Below, in pieces: positions 9,477-19,141 of a stretch of 64,000 bases of DNA. Where the stretch lies: the IMG/VR virus record IMGVR_UViG_3300009503_000019, positions 1 through 64,000 of that record. One strand, 5' to 3'. Under the pieces are notes generated by a model. The model was given only the letters and a program-made list of their open reading frames with translations, was not told where the DNA came from and did not search any database. Each line of letters begins with the position of its first letter. The stretch's first letter is position 1. The DNA is from a virus. A program made the position numbers and the translations under genes.

Positions 9477-10249
9477 ACTTCCTCATCTTCTTCAAAATCA
9501 AATAATAATTTCATTATTTCAATTACACCTATTATCATTTTTTTTGTATTTTCTTTTTCATATTCTTTTATAAACTTTTCTTCAAACAAATCTGCCCATC
9601 TATCAGGATCAATTGAATTTATTTCTTTTACAAGATGAAAAAATCGTTCGACGGTATCCCTCTTCACTTTGACAAAATTTACGATATTTTCGTCTGATAA
9701 CTCCTGAATTAACCAATTTTCAAATTCTCCAAGAATGTTTATTATTTGTATTTCTCCGGAATCTTCATAAGAAATTTTATCATTCTCTAAATCCCCAATA
9801 AATGTTGAAAATAATGCAATTGCATATTCTTCTGAGACATTTTCCGGGACAAATTCAAGATCCACATCTTCGGCATTCAACGCCAGTGTATCAAAATCTA
9901 TCCAGAATACTTTACAACCTAATATACTTTCAAATTCAATAATAATATCATCTATCATTACTTCTGTTAAATACTCTTCATTTTTTTCTACAAATTCTTC
10001 TGCAAATTCTTCTGGTATTGAATGCTTCTCGGCAAGATATTTAAAAATACTATCTAAAGTTGGAAGAGTCACATGAGCACGAATTGTAGGATACTCGTTT
10101 CTACCATGATGCACCTCATACAATTCTTTTAATAAATTCTGTTCATCTATTGTTTGAAGATAATTATCATGAGTATCTATTACAATTTCATGAATTTTTT
10201 CTCTAAAATCTTTATCAATTTCAGCTAAAATTATCATATTTTCATACAT
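9473..10249 (-). CDS. Acidic hypothetical protein
   Basis: Start moved to 10249 (MYENMII), preceded by AGGAGG and the promoter at 10274. Confidence 0.7.
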   Translation of the reverse strand: MYENMIILAEIDKDFREKIHEIVIDTHDNYLQTIDEQNLLKELYEVHHGRNEYPTIRAHVTLPTLDSIFKYLAEKHSIPEEFAEEFVEKNEEYLTEVMIDDIIIEFESILGCKVFWIDFDTLALNAEDVDLEFVPENVSEEYAIALFSTFIGDLENDKISYEDSGEIQIINILGEFENWLIQELSDENIVNFVKVKRDTVERFFHLVKEINSIDPDRWADLFEEKFIKEYEKENTKKMIIGVIEIMKLLFDFEEDEEV

Positions 10250-10273
10250 GGTTCCTCCTTTGATTTTGATGTT

Positions 10274-10285
10274 TTTATAACAAAA
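10274..10285 (-). promoter_or_regulatory. Promoter motif TTTTGTTATAAA
   Basis: Exact motif upstream of an SD-led gene. Confidence 0.7.
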
Positions 10286-10325
10286 ATTATTAAATTTAAA
10301 ACATCGGTAAAATTGGCATCGAAAA

Positions 10326-10369
10326 TGAGATCTCTTAACCTGGCTTAAACTGTGCATTCTGGCGCCTAT
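10326..10369 (+). repeat. Bipartite repeat, copy 1
   Basis: TGAGATCTCTTAACCTG-N15-TCTGGCGCCTAT; inverted copy at 19142-19185. Confidence 0.85.
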
Positions 10370-10605
10370 TTTCAAAAATCGATAGCGGTAAAATCGCTAT
10401 TTTTTAAAAGGAAATAGGGAGAGTAGGGGTCGCACTAGATCGTTAAAATTTCGAAGGTCAAAATGGTTAACATTTCAAAAAAAATAGTATTAAAAAGGAA
10501 TAGTTATTTGAAAAAAATAAAATTGATTCGTGATATTTTATACAACATGTAATGAAATTGATATCATTTTTTTTCAATTCTAATAATGTTCGTAATTTTA
10601 TACCT

Positions 10606-11202
10606 CTATTTTTCGGAATCACTGATTTTGATTAACTTGTTTATTGATGAGATGAATTCGGGAATTACTTTTAATTCATTTATTAACTTCTTTGCAAACA
10701 TAGTTCGCAAATTCTCACCGCTCTTTTCAACTGGTGAGAACTTGAGTAAATTTATATTTAAAAAAGAAAAAGATATGCAAATATCATCAGAAGCTTGACT
10801 TCTTACTATTTCTACATATACACTATCAAAATACCTGGACAAACCTTTAGAAGATTTTTGTAAAACATATAACATGTGGTTCTCACGATTATCTACCAAA
10901 TTCTTTACATATATTCCTGTAATTTTATTGGTAAGAATTTTGAAATTTAATTTTAATTCTACTCCCTTATATTCATGTTTAGAAAAATGAATTAATACCT
11001 TATCTGTTTTTTTTATTAATAAATTATAATCTGCCATAGTATCTTTTATATTATTATTGAAAAACTTATACAGATTAGAATATAATTTATTACTAAGGTT
11101 TATGAGTTTCTTTATATTTTCATCAAATTCTTCAATATCTTTATCTGAATATAAATATTCATTTATTATTAATTGTATATACAATAATTGTTGTGCTGTC
11201 AT
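10606..11202 (-). CDS. QxxINxxIF-family early protein
   Basis: N-terminal IQLIINEYLY. Confidence 0.65.
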   Translation of the reverse strand: MTAQQLLYIQLIINEYLYSDKDIEEFDENIKKLINLSNKLYSNLYKFFNNNIKDTMADYNLLIKKTDKVLIHFSKHEYKGVELKLNFKILTNKITGIYVKNLVDNRENHMLYVLQKSSKGLSRYFDSVYVEIVRSQASDDICISFSFLNINLLKFSPVEKSGENLRTMFAKKLINELKVIPEFISSINKLIKISDSEK

Positions 11203-11203
11203 C

Positions 11204-11845
11204 TTATTCTCCCGATATTAATAAAGATTTTAAATCTTTATTTAGATTTTTTATAAAAGGATAAAAGAGATATAACATTCTCACGTTTTCTCCACGAGAG
11301 ACCAGCATGCGTTTTTCGTTTTGTTCATCCCATTGGTAATCCATAGAATCTATTATTAGATCTTTTGTATATGGTTTATAATAAATATTAAACTCATTCA
11401 ATTTTTTGTATAAAGAAAACATATTATGCCAGCATAGGTTCATTTGTATATCTTCTGAACGCTCTTTCGTTATCTTTAGTGATGCAACTGCTTTCATTGA
11501 GTTCGTGACATAAAATAAATGAAATCTTGGATAATTCTTAGTTCCAAAATGTGCGTGTTCATCCTGATAGAAAAGGAAAGGACATTTTTTTAATATTGTA
11601 ATCTTTGCGGTTAAATTATATCTTTTTTCATAATGAATAGATACGGATACAAAATAATCCATATATTTTCTGCCTGTTGTCCTTTTGTATGTATGATAAT
11701 TAGTTTTTAACGATGTATAAAGTTCATTTATAAAATCAAATACTTCTTTCATTAATTTTTTTAGTTCTTCTTCTACAATTTTTTTATTCATAAATAGTGA
11801 GTCGTTTATAATTTTTTGATATTCAATGATTTCATTTATTCTCAT
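11204..11845 (-). CDS. QxxINxxIF-family early protein
   Basis: N-terminal YQKIINDSLF. Confidence 0.65.
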   Translation of the reverse strand: MRINEIIEYQKIINDSLFMNKKIVEEELKKLMKEVFDFINELYTSLKTNYHTYKRTTGRKYMDYFVSVSIHYEKRYNLTAKITILKKCPFLFYQDEHAHFGTKNYPRFHLFYVTNSMKAVASLKITKERSEDIQMNLCWHNMFSLYKKLNEFNIYYKPYTKDLIIDSMDYQWDEQNEKRMLVSRGENVRMLYLFYPFIKNLNKDLKSLLISGE

Positions 11846-12396
11846 TAGCTTCTCTCCAGTGTTAATTTTATTACATTCATAATATTGATTATCTGGTCGT
11901 GATAAAATGGTACAAATTCTATAATATTATGCCCTTTAGAATATGCAACTGTATTTTGTCCCACATCGGCATCAATAAGTTTACAGTAGATTGAGTTATG
12001 GACTGAATGTACCCACGCGTAAATGTTGATTTTTGTTATAAATGATGTCACATAGTATTTGTTTATGTCAATTATCATTTTTCCTGGAAATTTTAGCATA
12101 TGAATCTTAAATAATGCCCGCATGAGATCAGGCTTTTCAGGAATTTTTTCTAAACAAAAATATAGATTTCTTATCCTCTTTTCCCCATTTATGAATTCAC
12201 TCATGTCCGTACGATACCCAAGTGATAATTGCACAAACTGATTGTTCATATTTGGTTCTATTCTCTTATATATAACTTGTTTTATATTTGTTCTTGCAAT
12301 TAATTTGACAAAATCAACTAATCTACAATAAAAATCATCCAGATTTATTTCATACCACATATAATTTATTCGCTGTTGAAGTTTTGATAAATTCAT
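11845..12396 (-). CDS. QxxINxxIF-family early protein
   Basis: N-terminal LQQRINYMWY. Confidence 0.65.
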   Translation of the reverse strand: MNLSKLQQRINYMWYEINLDDFYCRLVDFVKLIARTNIKQVIYKRIEPNMNNQFVQLSLGYRTDMSEFINGEKRIRNLYFCLEKIPEKPDLMRALFKIHMLKFPGKMIIDINKYYVTSFITKINIYAWVHSVHNSIYCKLIDADVGQNTVAYSKGHNIIEFVPFYHDQIINIMNVIKLTLERS

Positions 12397-12415
12397 TGTT
12401 GTCTCCTTTTATTCC

Positions 12416-12427
12416 TTTATAACAAAA
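12416..12427 (-). promoter_or_regulatory. Promoter motif TTTTGTTATAAA
   Basis: Exact motif. Confidence 0.7.
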
Positions 12428-12431
12428 AAAA

Positions 12432-13094
12432 TTATTTTACAGCATTTTTTAATTCTTTTGATTTCAAAATTCGAATTACATCATCTATAATCATCATATT
12501 AAGTAAATAAAACAGTGATTCATATTTCATATTAAAATTTTTTTTACTTAAATATAAATCATTGTTAATCAAAAATATTGTAAATGACGGATAAGATGAC
12601 ATTTCTGAAATACGATTATGTTCTAAAACCGTCCTGTAATGATATAATGTACATACAATTTTTTCCTCTGGAGTTAACAATATAGTTGAATTTACAGGAA
12701 AAATTACATCTTCATATGGCTCTGAATATTTGAATTTAAAGAGATATTTTTTATTTCCAGATATATAACTACAATAAATACGAAAACAATATGTATTGAA
12801 CTTTTTATTAAATGGGTGGTTTTTTTCCAGTGCAATTGTTAAAAGTGAATTAGTAAGGTCTGGAACATACTCCATTTCAATTCCAAGATTATTATCCATA
12901 CGATATGAAAAAATCTTTTCTTCTTCGGCTTCCCGGAAAAGATATTTTAATCTGATTTTTGTTGCATAAAACTTGTTAAAAATAGTATCAATTTCTTTTA
13001 TTTTAATTTTGTATTTTTCTATTATTGATTCAATATCTTCCTTACTAAAATTATATTCTATTCTATTAATTGTTTTCTGCACTTTTGTTAACAT
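12432..13094 (-). CDS. QxxINxxIF-family early protein
   Basis: N-terminal VQKTINRIEY; SD GGAGG. Confidence 0.65.
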   Translation of the reverse strand: MLTKVQKTINRIEYNFSKEDIESIIEKYKIKIKEIDTIFNKFYATKIRLKYLFREAEEEKIFSYRMDNNLGIEMEYVPDLTNSLLTIALEKNHPFNKKFNTYCFRIYCSYISGNKKYLFKFKYSEPYEDVIFPVNSTILLTPEEKIVCTLYHYRTVLEHNRISEMSSYPSFTIFLINNDLYLSKKNFNMKYESLFYLLNMMIIDDVIRILKSKELKNAVK

Positions 13095-13159
13095 TCATGT
13101 TTCCTCCTTTAGTTTTCTAAAAATCAGCGAATTTTCATTATTAAAAATATTTATAATAA

Positions 13160-13233
13160 AACAAAAGGTGAGGAGAATAACTTCTCACCCGGATCCCTTA
13201 AAAAAATATAATAATAGTTGCGAAGGGATCCTT
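13160..13233 (-). ncRNA. Putative two-hairpin small RNA
   Basis: Promoter-like TGTTATAAA at 13241-13249; GGATCCCTT/AAGGGATCC 9-bp stem with a 23-nt loop; second hairpin 13167-13189 followed by a U-tract. Confidence 0.4.
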
Positions 13234-13570
13234 GAAATTGTTTATAACATTTTTAAGAAAAAATTTCTTCCGGAAAAATTAGACAAAAAAATCAATTTTT
13301 ATTACAATTTTTTTATGATTGACCCGTACCGATTTATAATCATTATTAATTCCCCAGAAGATTTATATGAATTAGAAAAAATATCGGAATAAATTTGAAA
13401 ACCTGACGAGGGGAGATATTTAATTATTTTTCCTTCTAATATAAATAAAGAGAATACCTACTTACATGTTATATAGATAGGAATATTATTCTAGAATGTT
13501 TATTTCTTAAGAATGATTCTATTAAATAACAATTAAAATTATTTAAAAGAAATTAAATTATTAAATAAAA

Positions 13571-13597
13571 TAATACCCCCGCTCTGCGGGGGTATTA
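13571..13597. repeat. Perfect 12-bp palindromic hairpin 1 in AT-rich region
   Basis: TAATACCCCCGC-tct-GCGGGGGTATTA. Confidence 0.9.
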
Positions 13598-13668
13598 ATT
13601 ATTTCTTTAACCTTATTTTATTTAATATTAAACACTATTTATTATTTCTTTTTATTATTTATTATTTA

Positions 13669-13695
13669 AATATCCCCCGCGAAGCGGGGGATATT
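13669..13695. repeat. Perfect 12-bp palindromic hairpin 2 in AT-rich region
   Basis: AATATCCCCCGC-gaa-GCGGGGGATATT. Confidence 0.9.
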
Positions 13696-13891
13696 ATTAA
13701 TTATTTTCTTAAATTATTTATTTTATTTTAATATTATGTTTAATATTAAACACTAAACGTTATCTATTATTTTTTTTATTATTTAATATTTTAATATATT
13801 TCTTAGAATCACCTAGGTACTTTTAATTAATTATTTATCTTATCTTATCTCATCTTTTCTCTTCTTATCTTATCTCTTCTTCCTTAAATAA

Positions 13892-14416
13892 ATGTTTAAT
13901 AAATACGTGCTTAAACAAATATTTAAACAAGACTTGACTAAATATTTTTGTTTGATTATATTTAAAAGTATGAATGAACCGTGGTATGAAATATTTGTAT
14001 ATTTAGAAGGGGAAATAGTAAAATTTTTTAAATTTTTAAGAAAGGTTCAAGATTATGATAAAGATATTTATAAAAAAATACCCAATGTTTTGCAAGAATA
14101 CATAATTTCACATTTATTCAAACTAGGTTTAGAAAAACATATGATTCCTTTTCCAGAATATAGACCTTTTCTAAATAAAGGGAATAGAATTGATTTAGTA
14201 TGGTTTTCGTATGAAGGATTAATAGATTCCGCTTTTGAGGTTGGTCGTCCTAAAATGAGAGATATAAAAAAATTATTAAGTTTAGGAAGATATTGTGACA
14301 AATATATAATTTTTGTAAATAAAGACAGAAATGAAAAATTTTATCAATTATGTAAATATGCAGAATCAAATGGTATAAAATTATTAGATTTAAGTTGGAC
14401 TTTGGGATTTAAATAA
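13892..14416 (+). CDS. Possible PD-(D/E)XK restriction-endonuclease-like protein
   Basis: PEY...RIDLVW...AFEV pattern; start uncertain. Confidence 0.45.
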   Translation: MFNKYVLKQIFKQDLTKYFCLIIFKSMNEPWYEIFVYLEGEIVKFFKFLRKVQDYDKDIYKKIPNVLQEYIISHLFKLGLEKHMIPFPEYRPFLNKGNRIDLVWFSYEGLIDSAFEVGRPKMRDIKKLLSLGRYCDKYIIFVNKDRNEKFYQLCKYAESNGIKLLDLSWTLGFK

Positions 14417-14439
14417 AAAATTATTACGGAGGTGGTGAA

Positions 14440-14775
14440 ATGAGATGGATAAAAATATGGATAGACGAGCTACTAACAGGCACAACTTTGAAAGAGCTGG
14501 ATGGAGAAGAATTTAAAGTCTGGATACTTCTTTTATGCCACGCAGCTAAAAGCAAAAATAATCCCGGGATTGTGGAGAAATATGATGGTGCTGCTTATAA
14601 ACTGGAAACTCTCGCAGATTTATTAGATTGTGATGTTGAAAAATTCAAAAAAATTTTAAAAAAATTAGAAGAAGTTGGGAAAATAAAAATTCTTACTGAT
14701 AAACGTATTGAAATAATTAATTTTAAAAAATATCAAACAATATATGAGAAGTATTATAAGAAAAAGAAAAGTTAG
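14440..14775 (+). CDS. Replisome-organizer / replication-initiator N-terminal (wHTH) domain protein
   Basis: MRWIKIW...KVWILLLCHA...Y..ETLADLL...LKKLEEVGKI; SD GGAGG. Confidence 0.65.
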   Translation: MRWIKIWIDELLTGTTLKELDGEEFKVWILLLCHAAKSKNNPGIVEKYDGAAYKLETLADLLDCDVEKFKKILKKLEEVGKIKILTDKRIEIINFKKYQTIYEKYYKKKKS

Positions 14776-14777
14776 TT

Positions 14778-14896
14778 GTTCCATTTTAAAATTATATTTA
14801 AAGTATAATTAAATATTTAATAATGGAATTTTAGAAGAAGTATGGTTTCCATTTTAAAAATATAAATATTAAATTATTATTAATTTAAAATGGAAC
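14778..14896. repeat. Iteron-like repeats TTCCATTTTAAA
   Basis: Direct copies at about 14779 and 14847; inverted copy at 14884-14896. Confidence 0.7.
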
Positions 14897-14954
14897 ATGA
14901 GAATAGAAAAAAATAAATATACAAAAAATTTTTTTAAAATTTATATCAATTTTT

Positions 14955-15128
14955 TTATTTAATTTCTTCATCTTCTGATGATTCCAGTTCAGAAGTTTCT
15001 ATCAATAGCCATTCTCTTCCACAGGAGGAACATATACCCTGGTATTCATTCTGGTATTGTCCACCAATAATTTCTAGAAATAATTCTTTTCCACATAAAC
15101 ATTTTAGTGTAATTTTGCTCAGCTCCAT
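14955..15128 (-). CDS. Small Zn-finger protein (57 aa), missing from ORF track
   Basis: AGGAGG RBS; MELSKITLKCLCGKE...ICSSCGREW...EEIK*. Confidence 0.7.
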   Translation of the reverse strand: MELSKITLKCLCGKELFLEIIGGQYQNEYQGICSSCGREWLLIETSELESSEDEEIK

Positions 15129-15147
15129 TTCTTTCCTCCTGCATAAT

Positions 15148-15726
15148 TTAAGTGATTTTATTAAGACAAAATATTTTCAAACTTTCAAGGAGTTCGTTGA
15201 GTGCATTTATTCTCTGCTCATCAAAATTGAGAAGAGCAGTAGTGCTTCCAAATTCATCAAGACAGCTTTTAACTTCTGTTGCAATAAGAGTCTGTTTTGA
15301 TTCCTCGCGAATACGCACTGATATAAATCGATTATCATCGAGCTGAACTTTCACATAATATTCTTTAGATTCACGTGAAAATTGTTCAATTAATATATAA
15401 ATCGTATCCTTCCTCTTCCTGTAAAAATCTATACAATGTATTTTTCCATATGCATACCATGTTGAGCTAACCTTCCATTTAATTGCAAGTTTATTTATTT
15501 TTTTTCTTGAATATATAACAAAATAATTTTTATAGAATCTTGCACAAATAAAAATCCCTTTTGTTTCATCTTTGTATAGTTCATTTGGTTGTATATTCTG
15601 AAAATAATCTATCAATTCAGCAATTTTTGTTGAAACAATCGTCCGTATTTTTTCTTTTGTTTGCTCAAAATTGAATATCCGGGAATCAATTATATTTTTC
15701 ATTTCAATTAATTTATTTACATTCAT
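15148..15726 (-). CDS. QxxINxxIF-family early protein
   Basis: Start moved to MNVNKLIEMKNIIDSRIF. Confidence 0.6.
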   Translation of the reverse strand: MNVNKLIEMKNIIDSRIFNFEQTKEKIRTIVSTKIAELIDYFQNIQPNELYKDETKGIFICARFYKNYFVIYSRKKINKLAIKWKVSSTWYAYGKIHCIDFYRKRKDTIYILIEQFSRESKEYYVKVQLDDNRFISVRIREESKQTLIATEVKSCLDEFGSTTALLNFDEQRINALNELLESLKIFCLNKIT

Positions 15727-15909
15727 TTTTTCTCCGTTGTTATCCATTCTTTGCGTGGATTGTCCAATATTATGGACTTTGTTTCCTTCAGACACAATGA
15801 CGGGAAAGGACCCTAGTGGATTGTCTTATAGACTTTGTTTCCTGTTTAGAAGGAAACTGGCTTCTCCCAAGCCTTGGTAAGAAATATTTAATGTGGTTTG
15901 CTCATTATT

Positions 15910-16060
15910 GTGAACTATTTTTTATGAGCTTCTGTCCTCTTTCAAAGAGAACAAGGCCTCTCCCAGGCCTCTTTAAATTCGATGAAAAAGATGTGGACTA
16001 TCCAGCATTTATTTGCTGGACTTCGCTCTTAGTATCAAAGAGCAAGCTCATCCCGAGCTT
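15910..16060 (-). ncRNA. TnpB omega/re-RNA and element right end
   Basis: Hairpins overlap the tnpB 3' end and finish GAAGC...UAGUUCAC at 15910, the typical IS200/605/607 right-end pattern. The 5' boundary is approximate. Confidence 0.6.
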
Positions 16061-17041
16061 TTGTAGAACTTTCGCCGCATTCAAATCTCTATGCATTTTA
16101 ATTCCACAATACGGGCATATATGCATTCTTTGTTTCAATTCTTTCTTAACAATATTTCCACAATTACAACATATTTGTGAGGTATTTCTCGGGTCAACCT
16201 TTATCACACGCTTTCCATTCTTAATTGCCTTATATTCAATAAAACTTAATAATCTGTTCCATGATGCATCTGTAATTTCTTTATTCAATTCAGACTTATT
16301 TTTCATTAACATCTGCATAATATTTAAATCTTCAACTACAATAACATCATATTTATCAACAATTTGTTTGGAGATTTGATGTAGATAATTATTTCGCAAA
16401 TTAAGTATTTTTTCATGTAATCTTTCAACTTTTATTTTCGCATTCTCATATGCTTTTGTCCCTTTCTTTTTCTTTGAAAGTATTTGTTGTGCCAATTTTA
16501 ATTTCCATTCCATCGCTTTGAAATACTTTGGAAAATCAATTATTGTTCCGTCAGATAAAGTTGCTAGATGCTCAAGACCGACATCTATACCAACAATTTT
16601 CTCTGTATTTATTTCTTTCGGTTGAATATTGTTATCTATTTCCAAACCAACTGATATATAATACTTATCTGCATGTTTTATAACATGAAAGAACTTAATT
16701 CTTGCATTTTCTGGCAAATCCCGGTGCCATTTTATTTTTACATATCCAATCTTTGGAATATAAATTTTTCTATATCTGCTATTTCCGATTAAATCTAATT
16801 TATAAACCTGTGGATAGGTTATGCTTTTATATTTATGTGAGGGCTTGTATTTTGGGAATCCAACCCATTTTTTCTTACCATTTCCATTTAATTTCTTCAA
16901 TTTCTTATTTCTTTTTATTGCATTAAAAAAGTTATCAAATGCGTTTTTAACCCTGAAAACAACATCATATAGAACTTGTGAATAAACTTCTTGATACTCC
17001 GGGAATTCTTTTTTAAGTAATGGTAATTCTTTACTTATAAT
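15998..17041 (-). mobile_element. tnpB: TnpB, 5'-truncated (RuvC triad intact), no transposase seen
   Basis: GIDVG, VVEDL, RDLNAA and two CxxC pairs. The frame is open to 17041 without an ATG; the strong RBS/ATG at 17054 is out of frame (MLNLNYK*). Confidence 0.85.
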
Positions 17042-17085
17042 TTAAATTCAGCATCTGCACCTCCTTTGAATTTTTTACTTTTAAA

Positions 17086-17097
17086 TTTATAACAATT
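17086..17097 (-). promoter_or_regulatory. Promoter motif variant upstream of tnpB
   Basis: ATTGTTATAAA. Confidence 0.6.
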
Positions 17098-17123
17098 TTT
17101 AATCTAAATTTTTAATAAAAATA

Positions 17124-17810
17124 TTATTCTTTCTCTTTTATAAGATTTTTTAATACATTAAAACATTCATTCAGGTATGGAAATAAAGTTTTTAATATCA
17201 AATTATTCAATTTTAATTTTGATTCATCCATATGTTTATGATATTCACAATTTTTATCTAAAATTATAATTTCTCTCAGAATTGATTTGTCATTAATAGT
17301 TCTGAAAAGTGCAATGAATGAGAGTTCTTGTTTTTCCTCCGAATAAGTCATTATAAATGTTGGTGGTTTAGACAATTTTTCCGGTTTATTGAAACAAAGA
17401 AATACAGGTCTTGCAAAGAATTCTCGCGCAAAACTATCTCTTTCTTCATAAGTAGGGCTGTGTGGGATAATATGATATGGAAATATTTTCATGTCTTTTT
17501 TCATATAAAATGAAAGAGAAATATCGATGTGGAACGATAGAGTATCTGAGGGCTTATCACTTTTCTTTACATTCACTGAAAAATTTTTGTAAATCCTGTA
17601 TGAATCATCTTCATATATTATTTTTGTGCATTCACACTTATGTTCGGTAATTTCCTCTAATTTACCGCATATTGCACAACCATTAATTAAGTCAGAACGA
17701 ATATTCTTAAAGAAATTATGCAATGAGATTGACAATTTTTCAATTTCTTCATCTGAAATAAATAACAATTTATTTAGATTCTTTTGATGTTCTATTATGT
17801 CTATATTCAT
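17124..17810 (-). CDS. QxxINxxIF-family early protein
   Basis: N-terminal HQKNLNKLLF; CAIC...CEC insert. Confidence 0.65.
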   Translation of the reverse strand: MNIDIIEHQKNLNKLLFISDEEIEKLSISLHNFFKNIRSDLINGCAICGKLEEITEHKCECTKIIYEDDSYRIYKNFSVNVKKSDKPSDTLSFHIDISLSFYMKKDMKIFPYHIIPHSPTYEERDSFAREFFARPVFLCFNKPEKLSKPPTFIMTYSEEKQELSFIALFRTINDKSILREIIILDKNCEYHKHMDESKLKLNNLILKTLFPYLNECFNVLKNLIKEKE

Positions 17811-17907
17811 TGTGATTTCCTCATTTTGTTTTGTAAAATTTCCATTTCATAATTAATTTATTATAAATAACATCTTTCAGCTCTCAAAATTTTATAACAA
17901 TTTTTTT

Positions 17908-18171
17908 TCAATTTATTGTAGCAATCCAAATATCAAATCCTTCTTTTTTGCATTTTTCTATATAATCTTTAATACAATTTTCACATATAAAAATACTATC
18001 TTCTTTCACATAATAAAAGAATTCAGTATTATTTGATAATTTATTATTACATTGAGCACATATTAGATAAGAAATATTGAATTGTTTTCCTAATTGCTCA
18101 CTGGCTTCTTTAATCTTAGTTAACCATTTATCCATCTTCTTCGTTTCTATTTTGCGAATCATTTTATTCAT
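17908..18171 (-). CDS. Small Zn-finger protein
   Basis: CAQC...CENC. Confidence 0.6.
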   Translation of the reverse strand: MNKMIRKIETKKMDKWLTKIKEASEQLGKQFNISYLICAQCNNKLSNNTEFFYYVKEDSIFICENCIKDYIEKCKKEGFDIWIATIN

Positions 18172-18174
18172 TTC

Positions 18175-18849
18175 TTATATTCCCCCTATTCCTTGCCATT
18201 TTTCATCTCTATCTCTCATTTCATATTCACTACATTTTCTGAATTTTTTAATATCTGTTAAAAAATCTTCCAGGATACTTAAAAATTCTATAATTTGGTC
18301 TTTATAAATCATAGTATTTATATAATCCATTCCATAATCATCGCTGAATCTATATTCTTGAAGTGCTTCATCAATCTCTGGTGCATTTGGGAACAATCGT
18401 GGGTATTTTGAAAATAATAGAGCTAATAGATGAGTATCATCAAAGATTTTAATATTAATTCGTAATGATTTGTCGATATATCCTTCCAAATATAGAGAAG
18501 AATTTTCTACATATTTGACATCCAAAAAGGATTTATATAACTCAACTGTACTCGTATCTCTGATCCTCATAAAAATATTCTCTTTACAATGAAATCCGTT
18601 GAAACGTTGATTCGAATATATTGATATTGTCAAATAGGAATTCTCACGCTTAGAACTAACTACGTTTTTAGTTTCTCTGTGCACATATACTGTAACAAGC
18701 TGTTTATTTTCTAAAGATTCCATATTTTGTATTGTATAATTAATCTTATCTACTATAGAATCAATCTTGTTATTGATTATATTTTTTATTTCGTCCGGAG
18801 AGAATATTGCATTATCTATTATTTCTTTAATGTTTCCTTTTAACTCCAT
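18175..18849 (-). CDS. QxxINxxIF-family early protein (divergent)
   Basis: N-terminal IKEIIDNAIF. Confidence 0.6.
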   Translation of the reverse strand: MELKGNIKEIIDNAIFSPDEIKNIINNKIDSIVDKINYTIQNMESLENKQLVTVYVHRETKNVVSSKRENSYLTISIYSNQRFNGFHCKENIFMRIRDTSTVELYKSFLDVKYVENSSLYLEGYIDKSLRINIKIFDDTHLLALLFSKYPRLFPNAPEIDEALQEYRFSDDYGMDYINTMIYKDQIIEFLSILEDFLTDIKKFRKCSEYEMRDRDEKWQGIGGI

Positions 18850-18858
18850 TTCTTCTCC

Positions 18859-18887
18859 TTGACTTAATCATTATAATATAATAGAAT
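18859..18887 (+). promoter_or_regulatory. Sigma70-type promoter, near-leaderless
   Basis: TTGACT-17-TAGAAT; ATG at 18896; no SD. Confidence 0.6.
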
Positions 18888-18895
18888 CATATTCA

Positions 18896-19117
18896 ATGGA
18901 TTTAGACAAAATAGCATATATTGCATGGTGCATAATATTCTTAATTCTTTGCTTTATTATAGCTAAAAATTTGAAAGTTCCAGAAATAGTTTTAGATATC
19001 ACTATTATGGTGGCTTTTCTTTTGATCATCAGCCTTGTTTATTTCCATTTAATTTTTTTTACATTTCTTGCAATTTCTATATTTGCTCTCCTTTATGTGC
19101 TTCGTATAAAATCTTAA
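18896..19117 (+). CDS. Small membrane protein
   Basis: About 3 hydrophobic helices in 73 aa. Confidence 0.6.
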   Translation: MDLDKIAYIAWCIIFLILCFIIAKNLKVPEIVLDITIMVAFLLIISLVYFHLIFFTFLAISIFALLYVLRIKS

Positions 19118-19141
19118 GACAATCACTGACTTCTTAAAAAC

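Noticed and set aside
10250-10375. N-terminal extension of the 9473..10375 ORF (likewise the TTG-started extensions at 33039, 50511, 51824, 54178)
   Set aside because: They run across promoters, repeats or structured RNA; better starts exist with an RBS or leaderless spacing.
13835-13884. (TTATC)n tract as a coding remnant of an initiator linker (DKIR repeats) on the minus strand
   Set aside because: Interrupted by stops in all frames; kept only as part of the origin-like block.
15770-15800. Hammerhead ribozyme (CUGA..GAAAC..GUC on the minus strand)
   Set aside because: No stem II between CUGA and GAAA; the core cannot form.
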